Shown piece after piece: positions 61,442 to 64,000 of a DNA stretch of 64,000 bases; position 1 is the stretch's first letter, and every line of letters starts with the position of its first letter. A model generated the notes under the pieces. The model saw nothing but the letters and a program-made list of their open reading frames with translations, did no database searches and was not told where the DNA came from. This stretch comes from Synechococcus sp. BS301-5m-G53 (GTDB lineage: Bacteria > Cyanobacteriota > Cyanobacteriia > PCC-6307 > Cyanobiaceae): NCBI GenBank assembly GCA_016779825.1, contig JADHMX010000001.1, positions 143 through 64,142 on the forward strand, written 5' to 3'. A program made the position numbers and the translations under genes.

Positions 61442-62728
61442 TCAACCGAGATTGTCAGAGCCGCTATCGAGCTCCTGGCGCAGCAAGCCCCAGCAGGCGG
61501 TGTAGCCGTGTAGGTGGGTCGTCCCGCTAATGGGCCCGATCTCACCGTTGCAGAACGCTCCCGCCACGGGCAGGTCGGGGATCAGTTGGCGGGCCAGGCT
61601 GATGTCGCCATCGGCACGACCGAATAGCCCCTGGCCCCGTCCCATGCAGGCCATCAGCAGTCCGAAGTGGACGGTGTCGTTTGGATGATCAGCCGTCGCT
61701 GCCCTTAGCAAGCCAAGGGCCTCGTCCTGGGAGGCGGCGGCTTCGCGCAGGTGGAACTGCACGTTTTGGCCGGCCCGCACCCGCTCCGCAACGGCAACGG
61801 CGCCATTGTTGGGATCCACGCCGATCAGGTTTCGGATCAGGAAGGCACTGGCATCTGACGCTGCTCCATTGGCTTTCAGCCGCAGGCTGCTGCGTTCGAC
61901 GCCAAGAAACAGCGAGTGACGCACCAGCTCGCGCTCCCGTTCGCTGAGGTCGGCCAGGACCCGCTGCAGGCAGGTGATGGGGCTGGCTTTGCTGGTGCCG
62001 TCACTGAGTTCCAGCAGCACGTTGCGCTGCACTTGCTCAATCGAGAACACCGGCCCGATGGGTCGACAGCCCTGTGCCACCACTGTTTCGAGACGCCAGC
62101 TCCCCCCAATGGAACAGACCACCGCACCGGTGACGATGCGGTCATCAAGCAGCAGCGATCCGTGCGGGCTGTTGTGGGGCGCTGCGATGCCCCCAATCTT
62201 CTCGGCAGCCGGGTAGGCGTAGTCGAGCCCGCTGATCAGATCATTGATGCCGCTGCTGGTGGGGTCGATCAGCAGGATCTGGCTGCGACCGTCTTCGGGT
62301 TTAGTGCCGACCCAGTCCTGCCATTGCTGGGCGGCTCCATCCAGATCAGGCAGCTCTTCGGTGCTGAGGTGTCGGGTGGCGATCGAGGCCCCCGGCAGGG
62401 AGAGCATTGTCACGCTCAACGCTGGTGTCTGCTCCAGTTCCGAGGCACTGCCGTCGCCGCGGGTGCCCACAACGCCTCCCCCGGTGCATCCGATCCAATG
62501 CTTCGCGCTGACCTGAGCACGCAACATCGGCAGCAGCCGCGGCAGGTCGGTGGCGTAACCGGTTGAGACGAAGACAAGGGCGAGATCGGCTTCCCCCCTG
62601 GGTCGACCCAGTTGCTCCACCACATCGCTCACCGCCTCGTCCAGGGACGCTTTGGCGGAAAGCGCTGTCCGGCAACCGGCGTCAGCGCCCCCGGATCGGA
62701 ACCAGCTGAATGGTGCGAACGGTGCCAT
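61442..62728 (-). CDS. FIST N/C-terminal domain protein
   Basis: IGCTGGGVVG, KIGGIA, VAQGCRPIG, FLIRNLIGVDP, QFHLR, ACMGRG, GAFCNGEIGP...LHGYT. ATG at 62728. Confidence 0.92.
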   Translation of the reverse strand: MAPFAPFSWFRSGGADAGCRTALSAKASLDEAVSDVVEQLGRPRGEADLALVFVSTGYATDLPRLLPMLRAQVSAKHWIGCTGGGVVGTRGDGSASELEQTPALSVTMLSLPGASIATRHLSTEELPDLDGAAQQWQDWVGTKPEDGRSQILLIDPTSSGINDLISGLDYAYPAAEKIGGIAAPHNSPHGSLLLDDRIVTGAVVCSIGGSWRLETVVAQGCRPIGPVFSIEQVQRNVLLELSDGTSKASPITCLQRVLADLSERERELVRHSLFLGVERSSLRLKANGAASDASAFLIRNLIGVDPNNGAVAVAERVRAGQNVQFHLREAAASQDEALGLLRAATADHPNDTVHFGLLMACMGRGQGLFGRADGDISLARQLIPDLPVAGAFCNGEIGPISGTTHLHGYTACWGLLRQELDSGSDNLG

Positions 62729-62797
62729 GAAGCGGACCTTATCAACCCTGGAGCTCAGCTCGGGACGTTGATAATGGCGGCACTGTGACAGTCCCCA

Positions 62798-63409
62798 GTG
62801 AACGAGCTCACCTACCGCGCTCTGGTGTGGCTGACCTATCGCCTGGCCGCCACCTTTGCTGTGGGTGTGCCTTTGGTTCTGTTGATCTGGTCGGCCTGGC
62901 GTCGCGAGCCGATGGTGATGCGGCTTCTCGGCATCTATTGGAAAGTGGCCAGCCTGATGGCGATCAGCCTGCTGCTGCTGACGGATCAACGCCCCCTGGG
63001 CTACGCCACGGCGGTTGTTGCACCCCTGTTGATGGTGATCAGCCTGTGGTTCTGGGTCGACATCAATGAAGAGCTGGCCGACCAACCGTCCTGGCGCCCC
63101 CTGCCGTTGGCGGTGAAGGTTTGGCGTTGGGCGTTCAGTGGTTTTGGCCTGCTCAGCCTGGCCATGAGCGCCACGGGCTTGCGCTGCATGCAACAGCTGG
63201 ACTCACCGACATGCTTCACCTGGCTTGAAGCTCCCCAGGGCATCCATGGTCTGGCGGCCACGGTGTTCAATTTTCTCTTCGGTGGCATGTGGACGGAGGC
63301 CGTTGCCGCTTTTGTGGGTTACGTCGCCCTGGTGGCCTACCTGGCAGGCCTGCTGCAGTGGCTGTTGGTGCGCCTTCCCCGTTACGGACGTGTTGCGGGC
63401 GATTTCTGA
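62798..63409 (+). CDS. DUF3177 family membrane protein
   Basis: LVWLTYRLA..F.V..PL.LLIW, IYWKVASL, LWFWVDINEE. Confidence 0.85.
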   Translation: MNELTYRALVWLTYRLAATFAVGVPLVLLIWSAWRREPMVMRLLGIYWKVASLMAISLLLLTDQRPLGYATAVVAPLLMVISLWFWVDINEELADQPSWRPLPLAVKVWRWAFSGFGLLSLAMSATGLRCMQQLDSPTCFTWLEAPQGIHGLAATVFNFLFGGMWTEAVAAFVGYVALVAYLAGLLQWLLVRLPRYGRVAGDF

Positions 63410-63702
63410 TGACCAACCAGGCGGTGGTTCAGGCACTGGAGGAGCGCACCCGACTTGACCCCCAGCGGGTTGTCCGCTTGCGGGGAGACGTGGGTGACGA
63501 GCCGTTTGAGTTGTTGATCTTCCGTGGGTTCAGCAGCAGTACCACCCATCCAACCGCCTTTGACCCTGATGCCTCAGTTCTCCCCGAGGGGACAAGCCTG
63601 AATCAGGCCGAGCTGTTGCAGGGCCCACTGTCTCCCAGTCGGGAGGTTGTGCTGGCGGGACCGATGCCGCCCAACGACCTCCTGGCTCAGGCCAACTGGT
63701 GA
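63409..63702 (+). CDS. Conserved cyanobacterial hypothetical protein
   Basis: ATG overlaps the upstream TGA; ELLIFRGFSSS.THPTAFDPD..VLP motif. Confidence 0.75.
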   Translation: MTNQAVVQALEERTRLDPQRVVRLRGDVGDEPFELLIFRGFSSSTTHPTAFDPDASVLPEGTSLNQAELLQGPLSPSREVVLAGPMPPNDLLAQANW

Positions 63703-64000
63703 GTCCGGCGTTCCAGAACGCCAACACAGCGACCGCAGATGTGGGGGTTATCTGGGTGCTGACCAACATCCCCCTCGTAGTGCCAGCAACGCTCACATTT
63801 GATTCCCCTTGCTCGGTTCACCTCGATCAATGCGAGGTCATCGTCCTGGCTGGCCAACAGTTCGGCCCATGGCTCGCCACCAATCTGCAGTTGTGAGACC
63901 AGAAGCCAGTCGCGCAGGCCATCCACCTCGGCATCCCCCGTCTCATTCAGCCAGGACAGAGCGGCCTGGAGTTCCGGCCGGCGGGCGTCAATCCGAACGG
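63687..64000 (-). CDS. ileS: Isoleucine--tRNA ligase, C-terminal part (truncated by window)
   Basis: LRDWLLVSQ and C-terminal zinc finger KCERCWHY...HP...ICGRC. Confidence 0.92.
   Translation of the reverse strand, partial: VRIDARRPELQAALSWLNETGDAEVDGLRDWLLVSQLQIGGEPWAELLASQDDDLALIEVNRARGIKCERCWHYEGDVGQHPDNPHICGRCVGVLERRTHQLA

Noticed and set aside
62729-63193. Apparent N-terminal extension of the FIST protein
   Set aside because: Antisense to the DUF3177 gene; the likely start is the ATG at 62728.

Overview
A GC-rich stretch of marine Synechococcus (picocyanobacterial) chromosome. It is almost entirely core genome, running from the end of hisB to the 3' end of ileS, and includes pyrE, tgt, cobS, purH, ispH, amt1, murJ, tRNA-Arg(ACG), glyA, leuCD, psbK/I/N/H, ntcA, rph, dcd, thyX, glmM, ictB and trmB. 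I found no transposase, integrase, prophage or CRISPR array. The standout locus is a tightly coupled four-gene minus-strand operon at 4054-8905. It encodes a SABATH-family methyltransferase, a Leu/Phe/Val-type amino-acid dehydrogenase, a sarcosine-oxidase/NikD-family flavoenzyme and a BCCT transporter. By enzyme-family logic it could be a complete pathway for an N-methylated osmolyte, best guess lysine -> piperideine-2-carboxylate -> picolinate -> homarine, with its own transporter. That pathway assignment is inference and is untested. Other observations: an exact NtcA class II promoter overlapping the rph stop codon, candidate NrdR boxes upstream of cobO-like/dcd and thyX, a long leader upstream of a DUF3155 gene, and several apparently degenerate catalytic motifs. 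All family calls come from motif recognition by eye, not from database searches.
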